From Nemertoderma westbladi (lineage: Eukaryota; Animalia; Xenacoelomorpha): 64,000 nt of DNA. Numbering within the stretch: the first letter of the stretch is position 1; the number at the start of each line of letters is the position of its first letter. Position numbers and translations under genes: made by a program. The stretch is taken from the NCBI GenBank assembly GCA_032718475.1, contig JAUCBJ010007551.1:1-64000 (forward strand), read 5' to 3'. The notes under the pieces are model-generated. The model was not told the origin of the DNA. It searched no databases and saw only the letters and a list, made by a program, of their open reading frames with translations. Shown in pieces: positions 1 through 10,575 of the stretch.

Positions 1-338
1 GTATGCATGTGTGCAGTAAGTAATGATTGTATGGAATTTGTGCGTTTATAGGTGAATGTTACTACTAAAGTGTGTTTACAGTAGCTAATCGCAATTGTAA
101 AATAGCCTTAACTCTACCGAGATAACCTCAAGTGGATTCAAGCCTTTGGGACGGACAGTGGTGGGACTTGTGCCGGTTATCGTTGTCGTGCTGTGCTACA
201 TGTTGGCGTAAACACTGCGACAGCGGTACATCGGCGCTGAGAAACCCACTGTCCGGGGGCAAAAAGCCTAGTAGGCAGCGACGCCCGCTTGCCTAAAATA
301 TTAACTCATATTGATATTAATAAACTCAGATAACAGAT

Positions 339-1627
339 ATGACGGAATTGATAGAAGATGACCTTGGTATCAGGGAGCGATATACTCTACCTTTACAAGC
401 GTTTGTGGATAGCTTGATACGCGGTGAAGCCGATCCGACTATTACGGAGGACGATGGTCGTTATATCGAACCGCCGATGTCCCAGGAACAACTTACGCGT
501 GAATTGGACTATAGAAAATTCACCGCTCGCTATACGAATCGCAATGGTACGTATATGGACTTCTTAACCACCGGCCATCCTATCGATTTACATGATACGG
601 ACGATGTAGACACCGAAAGGGAAATGGTTCTATTTAAATATCATACCCAGCGGCGTCGTAACGATAAACCGAGAATAGATCACGAAAATTCTATTCGTAA
701 CAGACTGGGAAGACGAACCAATATGTCTAGAATCTGAGGAGATTCAGCCTATCGCGCTCGGAACAGCGATAACGATTACATCCTAGAATGGTATCAAGGT
801 CCACAGTGTCTCACTGCGTACGATTATCGCCAGGCCAACTATGTTTCTCGGCAACGTTGTCGGTTATGCGCATCGAGAGACCATGTTACGCCCATAGACA
901 CAAACGTCCGCTGTTCCTATTTCCACGAACAACCGGCGATGGAAATTTATTGAGCGTATTGCAGATTTAATAATTTGCATATTTTTGCGGTTTGCCCCCA
1001 ATTTATGACTCAATGTCACCACTGTCCACTAAAGGGACACGCCAGTTTCGATTGCCCTTTTAATCGCGATTTGGAAAGCGTAGATGAAATGATCACACTA
1101 CGTTACATTAGAGCTTGGGAAGCGAACGCTGATTTACATCGTGATTCGCGCCATCGCTATTATCCTGGACGCGCTTACGAAGGAATTTATGCGTTCCATC
1201 CTTATCTATTCGCTTCTGTCGAACAGAAATCACGCATATCGAGTTACAGGAAGTATATCGACGGCCTTACGAGTACCGAGCCCGCGAACGCGAGTTGGAA
1301 AGAACCATTAAACCAAGGAAGTTTCTAACTGCCTATGGTCCACCCACGGCCCTCATTCAGACCACTCGTAAAGGACCCGTAAGAGCGGCTGTCTTAAAAC
1401 GAGCTCTCAAAGCCGTTAGACCCCTCTCCCCCGACGTTGATGTCAATCAACTCGGCACTTCGACTGGCGGATACACCGACCATAATCCTATACCCTCTGA
1501 TGCAATCATGTTGCACCCTTCACCCAGGAGTTATAGCCCTCCTTGTAAAGTGGCTCGCCCCAAAGAGAAAAAGACTCTGGCTAGCTTTAAAAAACTGCGT
1601 AAACGCCGTCCGCGCATGAAAGACTAA
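339..1627 (+). pseudogene. Disrupted copy of the element's accessory zinc-knuckle ORF
   Basis: Same sequence as 7727-9175 but with the shared TGA (735-737), an extra TGA (TAT TGA GCG where copy 2 has TGC) and a frameshifting 160-bp deletion near 1241. Confidence 0.8.
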
Positions 1628-1705
1628 CTGTTTAGAGTATTTTCGTATTTGAGAAACTGTGATTTTGTATATTTTATAGACTTAAATCCCATTTTCTGGG
1701 AGCGG

Positions 1706-2939
1706 TGTAAAAGCTTCTGTGGGATATAACTGGCCCCTTTGCTTCGCAATCCAGTTTCCCCCAGGCGCTGGAATACTCTAAAAAAGGTTCTCTGACTGTA
1801 TATATATTCCCCTCGCCCGCAAGGTACCTTTACAGGTGTTTTAACGGACATAAAAGTAATTCTGCTATATACGTGTTTTGGCGGACATGGTAAGGCAAAA
1901 AACCTGCAATGCACCAAATACCTTTCACAGCTTAGCCGTGATGATTCATATTACGACATCTAACAGCTGGTTGCTGACATGGAAACAGCCATTGGATGTA
2001 CGGTTCTTTGTTTGGCTTGAGCCAATCAGAGCGATTTTTCCTGTCGACGTGTAGCTTTTTAGTCGATCATAAGGAGAGTGTTCAGTCTTACTGTTTTTAC
2101 TTGATACTTTGTTGTTATTGCTGTCTAAGCCAGAAACACCGGCCTTTAGGGAAGAACTCTAGTAAACTGCTTAGATTATAGAAAGTATAACTGTTACCGG
2201 CGGCGGTGTTACCTCACTTAATTTAACTGCACTAATCATATTGTTTGTACTGCTATTTACCGTCAGTTATTAATTGTATCTATTTGTTGATGGAAATATT
2301 GCTATTTGGATAATACGGACAAATCACCCAATTCCCAATTTTCTTGATACACTACAGGTTAGAGAGACCGGCTATACATAACAATTGCGATTTATATTAA
2401 TGTGGTGTGTATTGAATCCAATGTTATTTAGCAGACCCTACGTGAGTCAATCGCTGTTCTCTTTATGTGTGATCAAATATACTGACGGTCGGCAGAATAG
2501 TGTGCATGATTGTGAGTGTGATGTGACTGGTAACAAAGTATTTCCTAAAGAATACGTTTTATACTTTAATCATAAGCAGTATCGTTGCGTTTAGTATAAG
2601 TCTTAGTTCTGTTTAAATAGATAAAGCGCCACGTCCTAAAGGAACTGTTAATATTTCCCGAAAGCCAATAATATCTGTCAGAGATTAATTATTAACGATC
2701 TATCGAATAATACATTAGGTATACACTGCAACCTTACACTGTAATAATACAATTCAAGCATCCGAATTCAGTCTCCCGGGTGTAGATCCATCGGGTGAAT
2801 GATCGCGCATGGGCTGATTTCGGCTAATGTTTTGCGTATTAGCATAAATTATTGTCGTATGCTAAAGTGGTTTTAATTAACTAAAAGACATATAAAATTT
2901 GGCAGGTTAAACTGCTAAAGGTCTTCGAAAGCGCGAACA
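1706..2939 (+). repeat. Probable LTR (~1.23 kb, TGT...AACA)
   Basis: Starts TGTAAAAG right after purine-rich GGGAGCGG (PPT-like) and ends GCGCGAACA, the base where copies 2 and 3 also end. The 3' boundary is firm; the 5' boundary is inferred. Confidence 0.65.
1991..2087 (+). promoter_or_regulatory. Putative LTR promoter: inverted CCAAT pair plus initiator
   Basis: ATTGG (1991) and CCAAT (2022) followed by TCAGTC (2082, Inr-like). CCAAT and TCAGTC are retained in all three LTR copies. Confidence 0.45.
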
Positions 2940-3030
2940 GAAATCGGAGGAAGGCGATACTACAGACCCTGAAGGCGGAGGAGATAGATCTCATCTAAGT
3001 AGGCGTAGAAAAACATATTACCGTCGTAAA

Positions 3031-6000
3031 TTGCCTGATTTGCCCCCAGCTGTTAAAAGACAGCTAACTAGCACAGATTTAGGTAGGGCAGAACCTATAG
3101 AACAATTTATCCAGGTCAAAAGACTCCCTACTATAGTCGATGAACCTGAAATCATTAGGCCTGTAATTCCCAAAGTCACTTCTATGCTAGAGACCCCTGC
3201 ACTTCCAGAGCTTAACTCTAAATTCCCTTTACATAGCACTACACTACCTGTACCCGGCGGAACAGTCCATGCAAATACCCCTGTCCAGATAGCAGAGAGA
3301 GAAATCAATAATTTGTCTCCCGTCGTCCCGCGTCAGCCCGCTACTATGTTGGCGACTCCCGCTTCGGCGGTTGAGTGGGTGGAAGAGGGACGGCGGGGGA
3401 TGAATCTCCTGCTAGGACAGATGCAGGAGACTGTCCACCAACTTAAGGGAACAGTGAGGGAAAGTAGAGCAGAGTTGCAAGAAGTGCAGCAAAGTATCGC
3501 GCTAGAACGCGACAAATTAGTCAATATACAAAAAGGCATACCAATGCCCCCGGTAACATTGAGTCAACCCGTTAGGTCTGAAGTATCACATGCGCAAGGT
3601 GTGGAGCCTACACGCATCTATACTGCTAGTGAAGTTGAAACTCCTATAGCAAACCCTATTAAGGGTGATTATAGACCTGTTATTAATGATATTCCCTATA
3701 GACCTGATAATGATCCGAGAAATTTGTATACCGATAATTCGATATTAAATAACACGATGGCCCAAGAAAGCTTTACGCGTCAGATGGCTAGAACAGAAGC
3801 CCGCCAAGCGGTCAAAGTGGGAGAGATCGTCAAATTCAATGGAGATGAGATGAAATGGTTACCTTTCAACGAATATTACAAAGATAGCATACAGAACTCT
3901 GTACTATCTAACGGAGAGAAACTTAGATTCCTCATCAAGTGTTTGGAAGGACCTCCCAAGTTAATGGCGTTAAAGTTTATTGGACATCCAGATGGATTAA
4001 GACAAGTTTGGGATACATTAAACATCAGGTATGGTAACAAAGATAACATAGCTAAGTATTTGTATACAAAATTAGTAGCCCCCCGACACTTCCTTAGTAG
4101 TGGGATTATAGAGTTTTCCGATGAAATTCAAGAGATCTGTAGACAACTGGACTGGTTAGGTAAGTCGCATGAATATCAGAGTTCCATGGTTATTGGAGCC
4201 GTAGTCTCTACTTTACCAAAGGGTGGAGTATGTACGCGCTGGGACAAGAAAGTGTTGTACATGAATGAACAACAACGACGAAGTCCTACCATGGCTGATC
4301 TCATGTCTTTCTTAGATAGTGAAGTAAAATTACAACTCATAAGGCAGGCCAGAGAGAAAACATCGGAAAATAAGGTAAGTGAGAAACCCGATTCTAGGAG
4401 AAGGATAATACCAGTGTGTTATACTGACGACGGCGAAAGCCAAGCTTCTCAAGAAGAGGACAGCGGGAAAGACACAGCAAAATCTTACTATGACAACAAG
4501 ACCTATAAAGACGTAAGTAAATACAAGTCTCGAACCAGTGACAGGAGAGAACAGGTAACAACAACTCCTCCTACGTCTCCTAAGAGAATTCACGGAAGAA
4601 AGCCCGAAGAAAGAACGAGAGTGCAGAACGTTAACCAAGTTAAGGTGAGTAACATCAAACCAAAATGTGCGCTGTGCGACGGGCCCCACCGTTTGAGTGC
4701 GTGTGCAGAATTCCTAAAGAAATCCATGGCAGATAGACGTGGAGTCCTGTGGGATAAGCGGTTATGTTATAACTGTCTCAGACGCGGACACCAGCGGCGA
4801 ACCTGTTACTCTGACGCAAGGTGTGCTAAGTGCGGCGCGAAACATCATAGCTTGTTGCACACGGAATTCGAACGAAACAGCCCGAGTCAGGTAAGTGAGC
4901 CCAAATCACATGTCCAATTCAGTGATGTGAACGACACTGACCAAAGTTCTGAGTGGGAAGGATTCTATACGGACGAATTCTCCGACGCCAACGAATCCTG
5001 TTACCTAATAAATACCGCAGTGTATCGAGCCCTTACTTACGAAAAAGACACCACCAATGAGTTTCCCCCAACTACTTTTGACAAACCACCATCTTGGAAA
5101 ACTCCAACTTCCAATGTAGGAATCAGAGAATTTCCTGTAGTGCAGGTAAGAGTTCACGGTCCCAACAAAAGTTACATAGTGAACGCACTCCTTGACTCCG
5201 GCAGCACAGGAACATTCATCGATCAAGAACTAGCCGAAGATATCTTTGCTGGACAACCCAAATTCCAAACTAAGTTGAATATGTCTGGAATTATGCAGGT
5301 TTGGAAATCTACCATAACGGCAGATTACTATGTAGGTGCGTTGTCCACCCCCCAGGATAAATTAGGAGCACAAAGTATAAGGTCAGTAAAAATGGTGGCT
5401 ATAAAGAACTTCGCTACTACCCAAGCAGACCTTTATAATTGGGACGAGGATGAGAGCATCCAACATCTTAAGATACCTCGATTCCAGACAGATTATCCTG
5501 GAGTGCAAATACTTATCGGCCAAAACGCGCACGAGGCGCTCGAGACATTGGAAAAACGACCTGCTCAACCGCAGCCACTACAAACCTATGCGGTAAGAAC
5601 TAGAGTAGGTTGGTACTTTACTGGTCCTTCCCGCAGAACTCTCGAAGAGAGACTACCATCAGAAAGACTATACCAGATAAATGGTTTGGAAGTGGAGAGC
5701 AGTGAAGTGGACGAACTAACTGAGGGAACACCATACTCCTCAGATAATGACGATATTAACTCCAATGAAGATCAATGGAGACATCGCCCCGAGATGATTA
5801 ATCTAGCCGACATCGCTTCCAGAGGAGCGACTCCTCAAGAACGGATAGATACTCCCGGCTGGTTAGGTGGACCCGACTCCCTAAGTAAAGAAGAAGATGA
5901 ATGGCCTCCTCATCTTACCACGGCGGAGAGTAGACAGGCCAAGGGAGCGGAGAAAGTAACACGACAACCCAATCACCCAGCTGGTCGTTTATGTTTACTG

Positions 6001-6099
6001 GAAAGAGACCAAAAACTGTCCGGAAACTATGGAAGGCAAGATACTCTTCCTACGACCACTTCCCTAATCCGACAAATATCTAGGGACTCCATAACGTAA
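3031..6099 (+). CDS. gag: BEL/Pao Gag-protease polyprotein with RT, most RNase H and integrase deleted (frame open from ~2911; first ATG 3184)
   Basis: BEL-type Gag core (KFNGDEMKWLPF...EKLRFLIKCLEG...L..RYG). Triple Cys-His box CALCDGPH..C / CYNCLRRGH..C / CAKCGAKHHSLLH (4666-4860). Protease LLDSGS (~5188-5205). RNase H C-terminal remnant QWRH..N.ADIASRG..W.GGP..L...WP (~5773-5907). Integrase tail remnant (H/R)P.GRLCLLE (~5974-6003). Confidence 0.88.
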   Translation: MPDLPPAVKRQLTSTDLGRAEPIEQFIQVKRLPTIVDEPEIIRPVIPKVTSMLETPALPELNSKFPLHSTTLPVPGGTVHANTPVQIAEREINNLSPVVPRQPATMLATPASAVEWVEEGRRGMNLLLGQMQETVHQLKGTVRESRAELQEVQQSIALERDKLVNIQKGIPMPPVTLSQPVRSEVSHAQGVEPTRIYTASEVETPIANPIKGDYRPVINDIPYRPDNDPRNLYTDNSILNNTMAQESFTRQMARTEARQAVKVGEIVKFNGDEMKWLPFNEYYKDSIQNSVLSNGEKLRFLIKCLEGPPKLMALKFIGHPDGLRQVWDTLNIRYGNKDNIAKYLYTKLVAPRHFLSSGIIEFSDEIQEICRQLDWLGKSHEYQSSMVIGAVVSTLPKGGVCTRWDKKVLYMNEQQRRSPTMADLMSFLDSEVKLQLIRQAREKTSENKVSEKPDSRRRIIPVCYTDDGESQASQEEDSGKDTAKSYYDNKTYKDVSKYKSRTSDRREQVTTTPPTSPKRIHGRKPEERTRVQNVNQVKVSNIKPKCALCDGPHRLSACAEFLKKSMADRRGVLWDKRLCYNCLRRGHQRRTCYSDARCAKCGAKHHSLLHTEFERNSPSQVSEPKSHVQFSDVNDTDQSSEWEGFYTDEFSDANESCYLINTAVYRALTYEKDTTNEFPPTTFDKPPSWKTPTSNVGIREFPVVQVRVHGPNKSYIVNALLDSGSTGTFIDQELAEDIFAGQPKFQTKLNMSGIMQVWKSTITADYYVGALSTPQDKLGAQSIRSVKMVAIKNFATTQADLYNWDEDESIQHLKIPRFQTDYPGVQILIGQNAHEALETLEKRPAQPQPLQTYAVRTRVGWYFTGPSRRTLEERLPSERLYQINGLEVESSEVDELTEGTPYSSDNDDINSNEDQWRHRPEMINLADIASRGATPQERIDTPGWLGGPDSLSKEEDEWPPHLTTAESRQAKGAEKVTRQPNHPAGRLCLLERDQKLSGNYGRQDTLPTTTSLIRQISRDSIT

Positions 6100-6621
6100 T
6101 AACATATGGAGTGGGTGTGTGACTATATCATTTTATATTTGTTTTTATTTTATATTTATGTATGTATTATTATGTAATATTATTATAATCGTTTTCTTTA
6201 ATTTTATTTGGTAGAATGTTATTTTAGGGATTATTTAGTAGATTAGTGCAATATATTAGTGTTTATTACGTACGTAATTATTTATAATATATATTTAGTG
6301 CGACGGCGAGAAATAATTATTTTTTCTCTTTCCTTACTGTCCGTATCATATTATAAATACGTGACTACAGTAAGATGAAATGTCCATACTTATTAAAGTA
6401 CAATAAAGCTCCTACTATATTTAAGTATTATTGGTAGGCAGAGTATTAGGAATGCAAAGTTCAGATCCTCGTGTCTCGGCTAAACCAAGCTCTGGGTAGA
6501 CCTTGGAAACGACTTGCCTCTTCACACTGACATTGCTTCGTGCGATATTGCTCTTCTACCTTATAACAAATAATACATATAGTAGCGTGATGTCCCTCTA
6601 ACAGTAGCGTAAATCGCAAAT

Positions 6622-6912
6622 AAATCTGTTAAACTTTTGACCATCTGTAATTCTAGTCGATTAAGATATCGTGGCACCCACCGATATACTTGAAAGACAA
6701 ATTCTAGAATCAGTGGTTAACGTCCCCAGACAAGTTCTGGAATAAATCGGTGCCCATCCTAAATATTAATTTAATATTTATTAAAAATCTGTAAAATTCA
6801 GATCCGTTAACAATTCTAGTCGATTAAGATATCGTAGCACTTACCGATACTCTTAAAAGACAAATTTCATAGAATTCAGGATCCTAAGTCCCCAGATATG
6901 CTCTGGAATAAA
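6622..6912 (+). repeat. Internal degenerate direct repeat (~163-bp period) in the element's inter-ORF region
   Basis: AATTCTAGTCGATTAAGATATCGT at 6649 and 6812 with similar downstream sequence. The second unit is deleted in copy 3 (~60600) and replaced by AGAATC filler. Confidence 0.75.
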
Positions 6913-7726
6913 ATTTATGTCAATTTAATATCAAATAATAAAATTCACGGGAATAAATTTAAATTCATATTCGAATGGATTTCATAAATTGTCATTTTGT
7001 GCAATTTATAACATTCCCAAAATTCCAGTAATTAATAGATCATGGGAGCGGAGATTCATATTGAGTGTGCTAGAGTGTGAGAATCTCCAACATATAGTCA
7101 ATAGCCGATAAAATTTATAAAATCATGCATAAAGAGGATATTGACAATTAAAGAATTACTATTAAATAACATCCCAGATCTGTATGCATGAGGATTGCCC
7201 TAATTCTACCGCTAGTTTTCCATAATGTCACCATGGCAACACCCACGCTAGAATTAGAAGCAAGTTAAAAGAACAATAAAAGGCTTGCCCCATTGCGTAG
7301 CATAAGAGTATACATAGCGCGCTATTAGTATCCAAGGATACATAGTAAATACGTGACATTCTGGAAGACACTGACTAACGGACAAATGGTATGCATGTGT
7401 GCAGTAAGTAATGATTGTATGGAATTTGTGCGTTTATAGGTGAATGTTACTACTAAAGTGTGTTTACAGTAGCTAATCGCAATTGTAAAATAGCCCTAAC
7501 TCTACCGAGATAACCTCAAGTGGATTCAAGCCTTTGGGACGGACAGTGGTGGGACTTGTGCCGGTTATCGTTGTCGTGCTGTGCTACATGTTGGCGTAAA
7601 CACTGCGACAGCGGTACATCGGCGCTGAGAAACCCACTGTCCGGGGGCAAAAAGCCTAGTAGGAAGCGACGCCCGCTTGCCTAAAATATTAATTTATATT
7701 GATATTAACAAACTCAGATAGCAGAT

Positions 7727-9175
7727 ATGACGGAATTGATAGAAGATGACCTTGGTATTAGAGAACGATATACTCTACCTTTACAAGCGTTTGTGGATAG
7801 CTTGATACGCGGTGAAGCCGATCCGACTATTACGGAGGACGATGGTCGTTATATCGAACCGCCGATGTCCCAGGAACAACTTACGCGTGAATTGGACTAT
7901 AGAAAATTCACCGCTCGCTATACGAATCGCAATGGTACGTATATGGACTTCTTAACTACCGGCCATCCTATCGATTTACATGATACGGACGATGTAGACA
8001 CCGAAAGGGAAATGGTTCTATTTAAATATCATACCCAGCGGCGTCGTAACGATAAAACGAGAATAGATCACGAAAATTCTATTCGTAACAGACTGGGAAG
8101 ACGAACCAATATGTCTAGAATCTGAGGAGATTCAGCCTATCGCGCTCGGAACAGCGACAACGATTACATCCTAGAATGGTATCAAGGTCCACAGTGTCTC
8201 ACTGCGTACGATTATCGCCATGCCAACTATGTTTCTCGGCAACGTTGTCGGTTATGCGCATCGAGAGACCATGTTACGCCCATGGACACAAACGTCCGCT
8301 GTTCCTATTTCCACGAACAACCGGCGATGGAAATTTATTGCGCGTATTGCAGATTTAATAATTTGCATATTTTTGCGGTTTGCCCTCAATTTATGACTCA
8401 ATGTCATCATTGTCAATTAAAAGGACACGCCAGCTTTGATTGTCCCTTTAACCATGATTTAGAGAGCGTAGATGAAATGATTGTACTACGTTATATCAGA
8501 GCTTGGGAAGCGAACGCTGATTTACATTGTGACTCACGCCATCGCTATTATCCCGGACGCGCCTACGAAGGAGTTTATGCGTTCCATCCATATTTGTTTG
8601 CCTCCGTCGAACAGAAATCGCGCCTATCAAGTTATGAACTATTGAAGCGCGTTGGAGAATGTATTTCAACCAAATATGTACGTAAATTTCTCAGAAGCAT
8701 TAATCCGAGTGACATCCAGTCTTACAACTTAATAAACTTTATCCGTCAAGACCCTGCCTATGGAGACTTATTCGTCAACTCACACCCTGAGTTACAAGAA
8801 GTATATCGACGGCCTTACGAGTATCGAGCCCGCGAACGCGAGTTAGAAAGAACCATTAAACCAAGGAAGTTTCTAACTGCCTATGGTCCACCCACGGCCC
8901 TCGTTCAGACCACTCGTAAAGGACCCGTAAGAGCGGCTGTCTTGAAACGAGCTCTCAAAGCCGTTAGACCCCTCTCCCCTGACGTTGATGTCAATCAACC
9001 CGGTACTTCGACCGGCGGATATACCGATCGTAATCCCATACCTTCTGATGCAATCATATTGCACCCTTCACCCAGGAGTTATAGCCCTCCTCGTAAAGTG
9101 GCTCGCCCCAAAGAGAAAAGGACTCTTGCTAGCTTTAAAAGGCTGCGTAAACGCCGTCCGCGCAAGAAAGACTAA
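7727..9175 (+). CDS. Accessory retroelement ORF (~482 codons, one internal TGA at 8123-8125) with three CCHC-like motifs and basic C-terminus; unknown function
   Basis: Track ORFs 7727-8125 and 8282-9175 share a frame with only one stop between them. Motifs CRLCASRDH-x9-C, CAYCRFNNLHIFAVC and CHHCQLKGHASFDC; tail KRLRKRRPRKKD; synonymous bias versus copy 1. Confidence 0.75.
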
Positions 9176-9253
9176 CTGTTTAGAGTATTTTTATATTTTA
9201 GAAACTGTGATTTTGTATATTTTATAGACTTAAATCCCATTTTCTGGGAGCGG

Positions 9254-10506
9254 TGTAAAAGCTTTTGTGGGATAACTGATACGTTTGCCTTTGCTGGCCA
9301 GTTCCCCCCCAGGCGCTGGAATACTCTAAAAAGGTTTTCTAACTGTATATATATTCCCCTCGCCCGCAAGGTACCTTTACAGGTGTTTTAACGGACATAA
9401 AAGTAATTCTGCTATATACGTGTTTTAGTGGACATGGTAAGACAAAAAACTTGTAATGCACTAACTACCTTTCACAGCTTAGCCGTGATGATTCATATTA
9501 CGACATCTAGCAGCTGGTTGCTGACATGGAAACAGCCATTGGCCGCGTGGTTCTTTGTTTGGCTTGGGCCAATCAGGGCGGTTTTTCCTGTCGACGTGTA
9601 GCTTTTCTGCCGATCATAAGGAGAGTGTTCAGTCTTACTGTTTTTTCTTGATACTTTGTTGTTATTGCTGTCTAAGCCAGAAACACCGGCATTTTTGGAT
9701 AGATACTGCTGTACCGTAAACTGCTTGAATTATCGAAAGTATAAACTGTTACCTAACTAAACTCACTGACTTAAATCACTCATCTCACCTTGATACTTTT
9801 AATTGCATTAATCATATTGTTTGTACTGTTATTTTACCGTCAGTTATTAATTGTAAATATTTGTTGATGGAAATATTGCTATTTGGATAATACGGATAAA
9901 TCACCCAATTCCCAATTTTCTTGATAACACTACAGGTTAGAGAGACCGGCTATATATAACAATTGCGATTTATATTAATGTGGTGTGTATTGAATCCAAT
10001 GTTATTTAGCAGACCCTACGTGAGTCAATTACTGCTCTCTTTATGTGTGATCAAATGTACTGACTGTCGGCAGAATAGTGTGTATGATTGTGATTGGTAA
10101 CAAAGTATTTCCTAAAGAATACGCTTTATACTTCAATCCCAAGCAGTATCGTTGCGTTTAGTATAAGTCCTAGTTCTGTTTAAATAGATAAAGCGCCACG
10201 TCCTAAAGGAACTGTTAATATTTCCCGAAAGCCAATAATACCTGTCAGAGATTAATTATTAACGATCTATCGAATAATACAGTAAGTTTACACTGCAACC
10301 TTACACTGTAATAATACAATTCAAGCATCCGAATTCAGTCTCCCGGGTGTAGATCCATCGGGTGAATGATCGCGCATGGGCTGATTTCGGCTAATGTTTT
10401 GCGTATTAGCATAAATTATTGTCGTATGCTAAAGTGGTTTTAATTAACTAAAAGACATATAAAATTTGGCAGGTTAAACTGCTAAAGGTCTTCGAAAGCG
10501 CGAACA
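9254..10506 (+). repeat. Probable 3' LTR of copy 2
   Basis: GGGAGCGG|TGTAAAAG ... GCGCGAACA. Homologous to 1706-2939; non-element sequence follows. Confidence 0.7.
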
Positions 10507-10515
10507 GTCGATTTA

Positions 10516-10575
10516 TAAACTAGAAGACACCTAAAATTGGCAGGTTAAACTGCTAAAGGTCTAAAAGCGCGAACA
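10516..10575 (+). repeat. Diverged duplicate of the last ~60 bp of the LTR
   Basis: AAATTGGCAGGTTAAACTGCTAAAGGTCT..AAAGCGCGAACA repeats the LTR tip ~9 bp after it. Confidence 0.8.

Larger units (their letters stand above)
1..2939 (+). mobile_element. BEL/Pao-like LTR retroelement, copy 1 (3' part: accessory ORF region + LTR), running off the left edge
   Basis: Near-identical to 7389-10506 (offset 7388, then 7548 after a 160-bp indel) and to the reverse complement of 57249-60187. Ends in ...GCGCGAACA like the other copies. Confidence 0.85.
2940..10506 (+). mobile_element. BEL/Pao-like LTR retroelement, copy 2 (gag-pro, accessory ORF, 3' LTR); non-autonomous
   Basis: Contains the gag-protease ORF, second ORF, PPT-like tract and LTR ending AACA at 10506. 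No RT (YxDD) or integrase DDE core seen. Confidence 0.85.

Noticed and set aside
7727-9175. Accessory ORF as an env gene or selenoprotein
   Set aside because: No signal peptide or transmembrane segment; the TGA is not in a Cys motif and I see no SECIS.
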